Source: Alphaproteobacteria bacterium UBA6062 (GTDB lineage Bacteria > Pseudomonadota > Alphaproteobacteria > Sneathiellales > Sneathiellaceae). From it: a DNA stretch of 61,387 bases. The position numbers and the translations under genes are program-made. How positions within the stretch are numbered: position 1 is the stretch's first letter; every line of letters starts with the position of its first letter. Below, piece after piece: positions 1 through 7,961 of this stretch. The stretch spans positions 1 to 61,387 of the forward strand of contig DIYE01000338.1 in NCBI GenBank assembly GCA_002428885.1. The letters are read 5' to 3'. A model generated the notes under the pieces. It saw nothing but the letters and a program-made list of their open reading frames with translations. It ran no database searches and was not told the DNA's origin.

Positions 1-1
1 A

Positions 2-496
2 GAAGCCGCGACGGCCGTCGCCCGGCAGATCCGCCTTCGGAATTTCAGCGGTATTATCCTGATCGATTTTATTTCCATGAACCGCAAAGGCGCTGCGCAA
101 GAACTGAAACAGCTGCTTCAAAAGACAACCCGGACTGACCCCAATCCGGTCCAAGTGGTTGGCATGACCGAGCTTGGCCTGATGCAGATGACCCGGCGGC
201 GAAAGCAGGCTGCGCTTCAAGAGCTCCTGGATCGCCCTGCCCTTCCCGAAAACAACACTCCTTCTTTCGCCCTCGCGTCGCGCATCCTCCGGGACCTGGT
301 CCGCTACCGGGCGGATCACAAACAGGCCTCCCTTGTTCTGGCTCATGGGGAAGACCTTGCGTCTTTCCTGAAAGCCGAATGCCGAGCCATCGCCACCTTT
401 CTCGGAATAACCCTTTCTCTCCGGCAGGAGCTTGCATTCGCTCCAGAGGCCTATAGGATTGAAAGTTCCAATGACACGGCCAGAGACACGGTATGA
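2..496 (+). CDS. Ribonuclease E/G family protein, C-terminal part (5'-truncated by window)
   Basis: Frame 2 is open from the window start: EAATAVARQIRLRNFSGIILIDFISM...GMTELGLMQMTRRR, the RNase E/G catalytic motifs; lies upstream of yacG. Confidence 0.9.
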   Translation, partial: EAATAVARQIRLRNFSGIILIDFISMNRKGAAQELKQLLQKTTRTDPNPVQVVGMTELGLMQMTRRRKQAALQELLDRPALPENNTPSFALASRILRDLVRYRADHKQASLVLAHGEDLASFLKAECRAIATFLGITLSLRQELAFAPEAYRIESSNDTARDTV

Positions 497-506
497 GTAG
501 CGCCCC

Positions 507-689
507 ATGACAGCAACAGAAACACCCAAACGAAAATGCCCTCATTGCGGCAAGCTAGCAGACCCGACCTTCCGGCCTTTCTGCTCCAAACGGTGTCAGC
601 AGGTCGACCTTGGCAAGTGGCTCAATGAAAGCTATGTGATTCCGGGTGAAGAGACCATTCCCGCCAATGATGAAGACCTGGATTATTGA
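507..689 (+). CDS. yacG: DNA gyrase inhibitor YacG
   Basis: CPHCGK...[25 protein letters not shown] zinc-finger signature. Confidence 0.95.
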   Translation: MTATETPKRKCPHCGKLADPTFRPFCSKRCQQVDLGKWLNESYVIPGEETIPANDEDLDY

Positions 690-768
690 GGCAAACCACC
701 GGAAGCCGCTGAATTCAGACGTAAAAACCGCAATTGCCGCCTTTTTGAATTTTTTCTGGAAAGGGGTA

Positions 769-797
769 TGGACAGCCCCCGGAAATTCTTCTATAAC
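769..797 (+). promoter_or_regulatory. Sigma70-type promoter for tRNA-Phe
   Basis: TGGACA (769-774), 17 nt spacer, TATAAC (792-797), ~40 nt upstream of the tRNA. Confidence 0.7.
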
Positions 798-838
798 CCA
801 GCTTCCTCGCGGGCGGACTACCGCCCCGAACACGGTAT

Positions 839-914
<76 letters not shown>

Positions 915-1120
915 CTTTTCACCCCATCCTCTCAGACTCCTCTAAAAGCAAGAATGGCTGAGCAATTGAAGCAGTTCGAAACCCTTCATTTCATACATAA
1001 CCCAATCTGTCGGCAAAACTTGACCCATTTTGGAGTTAGTGCTTTTGTTAATTTAACGGAAGCACTTTAAAAGCCTATGAAAAAGCGATACGGAAGTTTC
1101 CGGAGTACGTATAAAGGCTT

Positions 1121-1681
1121 TTAAATAGCTGCTTCAATAATCCCTTGTTGCTGTGCCCAACTAAACCAATCTTTCTCTTTAGAGCAGGTCACATCCAGCT
1201 TGTGCTCAAGCTCATGATTATCAGTATAGAGCATCAGATTATCACACTCCCACCTCGCAGATGGGGCGATCAGACCATCGAATCCCAAGAAGTTGAGAGC
1301 AGCACCAATTTTTTGAGTGGTCAAATATTCTCTTTCTTGATAATGCTCCATATCCACACCAAGCGCGCATAAATCAACTTCTAACAATTTCAAAGAATTT
1401 GATGTACTTACCTCTATAGTGTGCAGCATTAGTTGCTTCTGAGGAATTGGAGTAAGCAGGGCCAAGTAAGAAGCCACCTCAGCCAAAGCACCCTCAGGTT
1501 CCAAACTTGTATATAGTATCGGAATAGTCAACCCGTCCCTCTCAGGGAGTGCCCAACGCCCTCCATTGGAAGACGCAGCGCACGGTTCAGCATTATTTGC
1601 TGTTACTCTATATACAAATCCACTGAACTCTATTGACGAGTACGACGAAAGTTTGTCTGTCAGTACTGGGTCATGAAGCAT
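1121..1681 (-). CDS. RES domain toxin (NAD+ phosphorylase / ADP-ribosyltransferase-like)
   Basis: VYR...GGRW...LYTSLEPEGALAEV...GLIAPSAR...NLMLY; the R, E and S signature residues are all present. Confidence 0.88.
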   Translation of the reverse strand: MLHDPVLTDKLSSYSSIEFSGFVYRVTANNAEPCAASSNGGRWALPERDGLTIPILYTSLEPEGALAEVASYLALLTPIPQKQLMLHTIEVSTSNSLKLLEVDLCALGVDMEHYQEREYLTTQKIGAALNFLGFDGLIAPSARWECDNLMLYTDNHELEHKLDVTCSKEKDWFSWAQQQGIIEAAI

Positions 1682-1693
1682 TAATTAATTCCC

Positions 1694-2032
1694 TTACATG
1701 TGAACAGCATCTCTAATCTGGTTCACTAGTAGAATAACTTTTTCTATCTCTCCTTTTTGGATCATCGAAGCAGGGGAAACGTCACCTAATAGTTTCTGCC
1801 TTGAAAAAATCCACTGACGCGCTTCATTGGGGGTATAAAAACCAGATAACTTATCAACGATATATTCAAGCTCAAGTAAAGCAGTCTCTTTGCTAGACTG
1901 CGGATAGGCCTTTCCTTGGTTCCAGCGAGAAACTGTTTCTGGACGAGTTCCCAATAAATTAGCTACATCTACATTGCGCATTGCAGCCTTACTTCTTATT
2001 AAGTCCAGGTTTCTTGCAACAACAGAACTCAT
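1694..2032 (-). CDS. Xre-HTH + MbcA/ParS-type antitoxin
   Basis: N-terminal Cro/C1 HTH (DVANLLGTRPETVSRW); C-terminal EARQWIFSRQKLLGDVSPASMI toxin-binding motif; 12 bp upstream of the RES gene. Confidence 0.85.
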   Translation of the reverse strand: MSSVVARNLDLIRSKAAMRNVDVANLLGTRPETVSRWNQGKAYPQSSKETALLELEYIVDKLSGFYTPNEARQWIFSRQKLLGDVSPASMIQKGEIEKVILLVNQIRDAVHM

Positions 2033-2061
2033 ATCATTGCTCCTTTCCTATAGTACATAAA

Positions 2062-3363
2062 TCACTTCTTTTGCTTTCTTGCCGTAGAGGACAAAGGCTT
2101 CTTCGGTGCTTCAATAGCATGTTCTTTATAGTTATCAACCAAATGACTCATTGTCCGGCGAAACTTACTAACAACACTCTGCTTTTTCTCAACTTTCCCC
2201 TTGAAAACATCAGACACCGATTTCAGTGAAGCTGCAGCAGCAATATCATCAGATACTTTTCGAATCCGCTCATCCAAGAATCTCTGTGGCCTAATTGAAG
2301 GAGGCATATGAATGAGCGACTTCACTTCTTCACTTCTCTGATGAATAAAATGTCGTACGGGGCGAGCAACCATATCTTTGATACCATTTGGGCAACAATG
2401 AGTGTCCTTACATCCATACCGGCTCTTTACACGCGTCGAGCTAGAAAACAGCCCTTGAGCTTCATTTGGCTTCAACAGCATATCTAATTCAGGAAGATAG
2501 ACGCGAGTGGGTTGCGTCCATACATTACTTTCTTGTTGCGGCTTCTTCCAACCGGCAATGCGAAAATGCTCCTTTTCGGCAATTCCATGAGCAATACCAC
2601 CTACAGCTCCAAACGCCAAAAGACTGGTTCCGACCAAACCTCCTACATGATCGGCTACTAAGGGGACGCCAAAAGACTTCAATTCTTCACACGCAGCAAT
2701 ATAAGCCTTTGTTTTTTCGCCTGTCGCGTCTGAACCAAAATTCTCAATTCTAAGCCATATAGCGTCAAATGGAGCATCAGAGATTGCACCGATTATTGCT
2801 CTAAATTGGTGCGTATCACGCATCACTTTCATTGGAAGAGCAAGTGGATAAATCAGCTCCACATCCTGCGGCAACTCTTCAAGTTCATCTTGAACAAACT
2901 TCATCATCTCAATATCAGCGCGCAACCATTGATCATTTGCGGAGTTTAGCAAGTGAGTTGGTCCAAGAATTTGATTAAACTGTGCCTCGACAGCAAACTC
3001 AACCATCTGCTGAGCACGACCCATACCAGCTGCTCCGATGAAGTCATCTACTTTGTGATGCCTCTCTAAACCCCAAGGCAACTTTGCTAGGCTTGCATTG
3101 TGACCACCAATCGTAGCCGATGCATGTGTCTTAGTGTCTAAAATCAGATCAATGCCTTTCTTCGCCGTCTCGATTCTTAGTTCTTTGTGACGCTCAACAC
3201 TCTGGGCATCGATAACAACTCCAATGAACCCATCTTCCCCCTCCGCCATCACATCCATTACTGCTCGGTGTTGATTCCAACCGACTCTCAAATACCATCC
3301 CAATGAATCATCATTTTCACGCAAGCCTTCTGGACGAGGCAAATGAATAACATTACTTGCCAT
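2062..3363 (-). CDS. Hypothetical ~433-aa protein, probable alpha/beta (TIM-barrel-like) fold with C-terminal Cys/His cluster
   Basis: Long ORF; ATG 3363 preceded by AAGGTGA; 29 bp upstream of the antitoxin; CKDTHCC...RHFIH. The fold is inference. Confidence 0.75.
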   Translation of the reverse strand: MASNVIHLPRPEGLRENDDSLGWYLRVGWNQHRAVMDVMAEGEDGFIGVVIDAQSVERHKELRIETAKKGIDLILDTKTHASATIGGHNASLAKLPWGLERHHKVDDFIGAAGMGRAQQMVEFAVEAQFNQILGPTHLLNSANDQWLRADIEMMKFVQDELEELPQDVELIYPLALPMKVMRDTHQFRAIIGAISDAPFDAIWLRIENFGSDATGEKTKAYIAACEELKSFGVPLVADHVGGLVGTSLLAFGAVGGIAHGIAEKEHFRIAGWKKPQQESNVWTQPTRVYLPELDMLLKPNEAQGLFSSSTRVKSRYGCKDTHCCPNGIKDMVARPVRHFIHQRSEEVKSLIHMPPSIRPQRFLDERIRKVSDDIAAAASLKSVSDVFKGKVEKKQSVVSKFRRTMSHLVDNYKEHAIEAPKKPLSSTARKQKK

Positions 3364-3433
3364 TTTCAAAATCACCTTTCAAGCATCTCGCACAATACAA
3401 ATTGACATATTAGATGCGTTTTTTAATGATTTT

Positions 3434-3461
3434 AATGTAGTGTTTATAGTTGACATTTCAA
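3434..3461 (-). promoter_or_regulatory. Candidate promoter/operator of the islet operon
   Basis: Minus strand TTGAAA-N16-TACATT; TTGACATTTCAA imperfect palindrome (3450-3461) overlaps the -35; TTGACAT recurs at 3402-3408. The region is AT-rich, so a chance match is possible. Confidence 0.35.
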
Positions 3462-3959
3462 TTGTTTTTTTAGAATTTTGTCACATTAATATTCGCCGCA
3501 AATTTCTGAGCGGGTAATGATACGCGAGGGAAGAAGCTTATAGCCCCTTACTCTTACCACCGTTGAGATCCTCCCGCTCGCAGCATGGAGGTCCGACCTT
3601 CCCGGCCACTGAAGTTAGTCGGTATAGCCCCAATGATTACCCCAACCTCTAACACCTCACCATAGCCTGTTCAGAGGCGCACCCACTTGAGTGTTCATAA
3701 AACCCTATCGATATTCATCAAACTGACCTCGAGGAAACTACGGTGTCTGGAAGTGTGCAATTAATGTTCACTATATACTGCTCGATTAACAACTGACTGC
3801 ATAAACGCGGCAAACATCTTACGGTACATTAAAAAGCGGTAATCAGATTATTCAGCGTTCTGAATTCAAGGTTTCAGTCAAGGACCGTTGAATTTATGCC
3901 TCATCCATGCTCTTATAAGAAAAAAGCGAACTAACAAAAAATAAGAATAAGAGGGAAAA

Positions 3960-5690
3960 ATGTTAGATCTCAAAATCATCAATGCACGAATTGTCGATGG
4001 TACCGGCGCGCCCGCTTATAGGGGGGAGATTGGCGTTAAAGACGGAAGAATAACTACCGTTGGAAATGTCAGTGAAGAAGCCGCAGAAATTGTGGATGCC
4101 GAGGGCCGTGTCGTTTCTCCCGGCTTTATCGATGTTCACACGCATTATGACGCGCAAGTTTTCTGGGATCCCAAAATCTCCCCGTCCTGTTATCACGGTG
4201 TCACGACAATTCTCGGCGGCTTTTGCGGGTTTTCAATCGCGCCGCTTTCTGCAGATGCCGCGCCTTATTTATTGAACATGCTCTCCCGCGTGGAAGGCAT
4301 GCCGGTTACGTCTCTTAAAGAAGGAGTTCCCTGGGACTGGGAAAGTTTTGGGGACTATCTGAGCCGCCTGGATGGCAACGTGGGTCTCAATATGGGATTT
4401 CTTGCAGGTCATAGTGCCATTCGCCGCGTTGTTATGGGGGAGCGCGCTGTTGGTGAGCAAGCAACGGAAGAGGAGCTAAGCACCATGTGCGCGCTGCTTA
4501 AAGAAAGCCTTGAAGAAGGGGCTCTTGGCTTTTCCTCAACGGTTTCCACCACCCATAATGATGCTGACGGTATGCCTGTTCCGTCCCGCCATGCCTCCAA
4601 TGAAGAGCTTATCGCCCTTGCAGGTGTCTGTAAGGATCACGAAGGGACGTTCCTCGAATTTCTGCCAGGCGTCGGATACTTTTCCGATGAAACCATACAG
4701 CTGATGACGGATCTGACCGTGGCCGCCCAAAGGCCTTTGAACTGGAACATGATTACCGCAGGTAACCAGAAACTCGCTGCAAACCAGCTTTCAGCAACGG
4801 ATCATGCCCGCGAGCAGGGCGGCGAAGTTCTTGCTTTGACAGTGCCCCAACCCCTGACCTTGCGTATCAATATGCATGCCGGCTTCATCTTCGACTCCTT
4901 TGAAGGCTGGGCCCCTCTCTTTCAGATGCCGGTTAGCGAGCGTATGGAAAAACTGAAAGACAAAGAGCTTAGAAAAGAACTGGATACCCTCGGGCGCACC
5001 AAAGGTCCGATGCGCAACATGGCGCAGTTTGAAAAACTCACCGTGGATGCAACCTTCAACGCAGAAAACAAGAAATATGAGGAACGCACCATTGGTGGGA
5101 TTGCCGAAGAGCTCGGTAAAGAACCCATTGATGCCATGCTCGACCTCGCTCTTTCCGAAGATTTACGAACTTCCTTCAGAACACCTGCTGTCGGAGGGGA
5201 TCCCAGTTTGTGGAAGGACAGGGCAGACCTTTGGGAAGATGACAGAACGCTCATCGGTGCTTCCGATGCCGGTGCCCATCTCGATATGATTGATACTTTT
5301 GCCTTCTCCACAAATGTTCTAGGAAAAGGTGTTCGTGAGCATGGCGTCATTTCTCTTGAACGGGCCGTTCATGAAATGACGCAGGTGCCGGCCGAAGCGT
5401 TTGGCATTGTGGATCGCGGGCTCCTTAAATCCGGCTATTACGCGGATATTGTGATTTTCGATCCTGAAACCGTGGGATGCGCGGACGTTTACATGAAGTC
5501 TGACCTTCCCTGCGATGAACCCAGACTCTACGCGGAATCCATCGGCATTGATCATGTGTTCGTCAACGGAACGCCCATCGTCCGAAATGCCGAGCATACC
5601 GGCAACCTTCCCGGCACCGTATTCCGCTCCGGCAAAGATACGAAAACACCAGAGTTAAAGCGCGAAAACAGATCCCGCAGCGCCGCGTAA
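3960..5690 (+). CDS. N-acyl-D-amino-acid deacylase family amidohydrolase
   Basis: IVDGTG...PGFIDVHTHYD...HGVTT...SDAGAH...GYYADIVIFDP. Confidence 0.9.
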   Translation: MLDLKIINARIVDGTGAPAYRGEIGVKDGRITTVGNVSEEAAEIVDAEGRVVSPGFIDVHTHYDAQVFWDPKISPSCYHGVTTILGGFCGFSIAPLSADAAPYLLNMLSRVEGMPVTSLKEGVPWDWESFGDYLSRLDGNVGLNMGFLAGHSAIRRVVMGERAVGEQATEEELSTMCALLKESLEEGALGFSSTVSTTHNDADGMPVPSRHASNEELIALAGVCKDHEGTFLEFLPGVGYFSDETIQLMTDLTVAAQRPLNWNMITAGNQKLAANQLSATDHAREQGGEVLALTVPQPLTLRINMHAGFIFDSFEGWAPLFQMPVSERMEKLKDKELRKELDTLGRTKGPMRNMAQFEKLTVDATFNAENKKYEERTIGGIAEELGKEPIDAMLDLALSEDLRTSFRTPAVGGDPSLWKDRADLWEDDRTLIGASDAGAHLDMIDTFAFSTNVLGKGVREHGVISLERAVHEMTQVPAEAFGIVDRGLLKSGYYADIVIFDPETVGCADVYMKSDLPCDEPRLYAESIGIDHVFVNGTPIVRNAEHTGNLPGTVFRSGKDTKTPELKRENRSRSAA

Positions 5691-5760
5691 GCGGATTTAA
5701 TAAATATTACGAAAAGGAAGAAGGTCCTCACAGAGGGTCGAACTTCCGTGGAAAAACATC

Positions 5761-6678
5761 ATGACCTTACCCTCCATTTTTCAGGGAAAACTAAAAATTC
5801 CCGTTATTGCTGCCCCGATGTTCCTGGTGTCAGGAACCGATCTTGTCATCAACGCCTGCAAGGCAGGTGTGGTCGGGACTTTTCCCGCCTTGAATGCACG
5901 CTCTACGGATGAGTTTGCAGATTGGCTGGACCAGATTAAAGGTGCGCTGCAAGAGGAGGATGCGCCTTACGGAGTGAATGTACCGCTTAGCGCCCATCGT
6001 CGCGCCCGGCTAGCTGAAGATTTGGCTATCATGAAATCCCGTGAGGTTCCGCTTGTGATCACCTCCATCGGTAATCCCAAAGAGATCGTTGAAGAGATTC
6101 ACAGCTATGGTGGCCTGGTCTTTCATGATGTCACCACCCTGCGACATGCCCGAAAAGCGGCTCAAGCAGGCGTTGATGGTCTGATATTGGTCTGCGCCGG
6201 TGCCGGCGGGCATGGCGGGACCTTAAACCCTTTCGCCTTCGTTGAGCAGGTCCGTCCGTTTTTTGACGGAACCATCGTCCTTGCCGGCAGCATCGGCACG
6301 GGCCGGGCTGTCCGCGCAGCCGTCACCATGGGCGCGGACCTCGCTTATGTCGGCACACGCTTTATCGCCACAAAAGAAGCCCTTGGTCCCGAAGGCTATA
6401 AAGATATGCTGGTCAGTGAAGCAACGGATGACGTGGTTTATACCGATGCCATTTCAGGTCTGAACGCCAATTTCATGGCGTCCTCCCTGATGGAAAACGG
6501 GCTGGACCCCAAAAATCTTCCAAAACCAAAAGCACAATTCCAACCGGATCTACCGGACGGCCTGACAGCCTGGCGGGATATCTGGTCGGCCGGACAGGGG
6601 GTCGGCCTTATTAATGACATCCCGCCCGTCAGAACTCTGGTTGAGCGCATGGCAGCTGATTATAACGCAGCCGAATAA
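5761..6678 (+). CDS. Nitronate monooxygenase family flavoprotein
   Basis: PVIAAPMF, GAGGHGG, GADLAYVGTRFIAT, WSAGQG. Confidence 0.9.
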   Translation: MTLPSIFQGKLKIPVIAAPMFLVSGTDLVINACKAGVVGTFPALNARSTDEFADWLDQIKGALQEEDAPYGVNVPLSAHRRARLAEDLAIMKSREVPLVITSIGNPKEIVEEIHSYGGLVFHDVTTLRHARKAAQAGVDGLILVCAGAGGHGGTLNPFAFVEQVRPFFDGTIVLAGSIGTGRAVRAAVTMGADLAYVGTRFIATKEALGPEGYKDMLVSEATDDVVYTDAISGLNANFMASSLMENGLDPKNLPKPKAQFQPDLPDGLTAWRDIWSAGQGVGLINDIPPVRTLVERMAADYNAAE

Positions 6679-6689
6679 TCGGCCCCTAA

Positions 6690-7148
6690 TCAGTCGTTAT
6701 ACCAGTCAAAAATGACCCGCTGGCCGGCGAAGTCAGTGGCATTGAATTTGTAATAGCCGACCCGCTTCATTTTGATTCCTTTCGTTTTCCAGAAGCGCCA
6801 GGTGACCGTATTCGGACCTGCGGGATGTTCGGCGCAGCTCATCTGGCCTTTTTTCTTGATCACATAGCGCGGCTTGGCGGTTTTCTTGAAATGCAGGCCT
6901 TTGTTTTTCCCGCTCGCCGAGTTTTTCAGGCAAACCTGCACTTTATTGGGATCGTCAGACCGCCCACTGGAATAAATCCGGATGCTGTCCTTCTTATCCG
7001 ATGTTCTGAATATCTTGTCGATGGACGCCTGTACTCTTTTGTTGCTTGTTCCGGAAGATCCTGATCCACCCGTTGTCGCAACAACGCAACCACTCAAAGC
7101 AAAAAGGCCGGCTGCCGCTATCATAAAACCCGCTGATTTCTTCATCAC
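6690..7148 (-). CDS. Basic hypothetical lipoprotein
   Basis: MKK + hydrophobic stretch + LSGC lipobox; Lys-rich; CxxxxxxxxxxxxxxxxxxxxxxxxxxxxxxxC pair in the mature part. Confidence 0.65.
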   Translation of the reverse strand: MMKKSAGFMIAAAGLFALSGCVVATTGGSGSSGTSNKRVQASIDKIFRTSDKKDSIRIYSSGRSDDPNKVQVCLKNSASGKNKGLHFKKTAKPRYVIKKKGQMSCAEHPAGPNTVTWRFWKTKGIKMKRVGYYKFNATDFAGQRVIFDWYND

Positions 7149-7211
7149 ACTCTCACCTGTTAAAATTCCATAGTGTCCCGGAATGATAAATCGAGGCTAA
7201 GAGAGAGAGCT

Positions 7212-7229
7212 ATCAGGTGATCACCCCAT
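7212..7229. promoter_or_regulatory. Palindromic operator, probably for the NarL-type regulator
   Basis: ATCAGGTGATCACCCCAT with perfect core GGTGATCACC (7216-7225), between the regulator and the lipoprotein gene. Confidence 0.45.
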
Positions 7230-7289
7230 TTCCGGGGGAGCTGTCTTCGTTTATGATTCTGACTTAGAGCAGAATTTTCAGGGGTACCT

Positions 7290-7961
7290 TTATTGATGAT
7301 CGCCTTCGCTGACAAAACCGTCCTGCAACGCCCTGGTCAACAGCTCTGCGACAGAATGGACCTTCATTTTTGTCATCAGGTTCGTTCGGTGGCTGTCCAC
7401 GGTTTTCGGGCTTATGCCCAGATTATCGGCGATGATGTTATTCGTCTCACCGCGGGCGATCGCCTGCAACACCTGCAATTCCCGTCTTGTCAATTCCGGA
7501 CTGGGATCCTGGCCAAGAACCGCCTGGGCGTCAGGCTGAATAACCCGCTCTCCGGCGGCAACCCGACGAATACCATTCATCAGTTCTTCAGGGGCGCAGC
7601 TTTTCAGGAACAATCCGTCAATACCGTTATCGACCATGGATCGAAACATGGCCGCCGCCGCCAGACCGGTCAGGATAATAACCCGCGTCTCGGGAGACCA
7701 TCTGCGCAGTTCAACAAAGACCTCAGCACCACTGACCGTCGGCATCTTCAAATCAATCAGCGCAAGATCGGGCTTCAGGCGTTTGGCCAGGCTGATCGCC
7801 TCCAGACCGTCCCCGGCTTCCCCAAGACAGTTGAACTCCGCCATATCATCAATCAGGGCACGCACCCCCTTGCGCGTGATCTGATGATCGTCAACAATAA
7901 TCACCGTGTAGTTTTCGATAGTACCCCCCAATCTACTCACAGAAACAACACTCAAAAACAA
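7290..7961 (-). CDS. NarL/FixJ family response regulator (true start uncertain, probably ~7907-7931)
   Basis: IIVDDH receiver, DLKMP phospho-Asp, LTRRELQVL...ISPKTVDSHR LuxR HTH. Confidence 0.92.
   Translation of the reverse strand: MFLSVVSVSRLGGTIENYTVIIVDDHQITRKGVRALIDDMAEFNCLGEAGDGLEAISLAKRLKPDLALIDLKMPTVSGAEVFVELRRWSPETRVIILTGLAAAAMFRSMVDNGIDGLFLKSCAPEELMNGIRRVAAGERVIQPDAQAVLGQDPSPELTRRELQVLQAIARGETNNIIADNLGISPKTVDSHRTNLMTKMKVHSVAELLTRALQDGFVSEGDHQ

Noticed and set aside
3500-3950. Possible integrase remnant, att site or sRNA at the islet's far end
   Set aside because: No tRNA 3' repeat, recombinase motif or convincing structure visible by eye.
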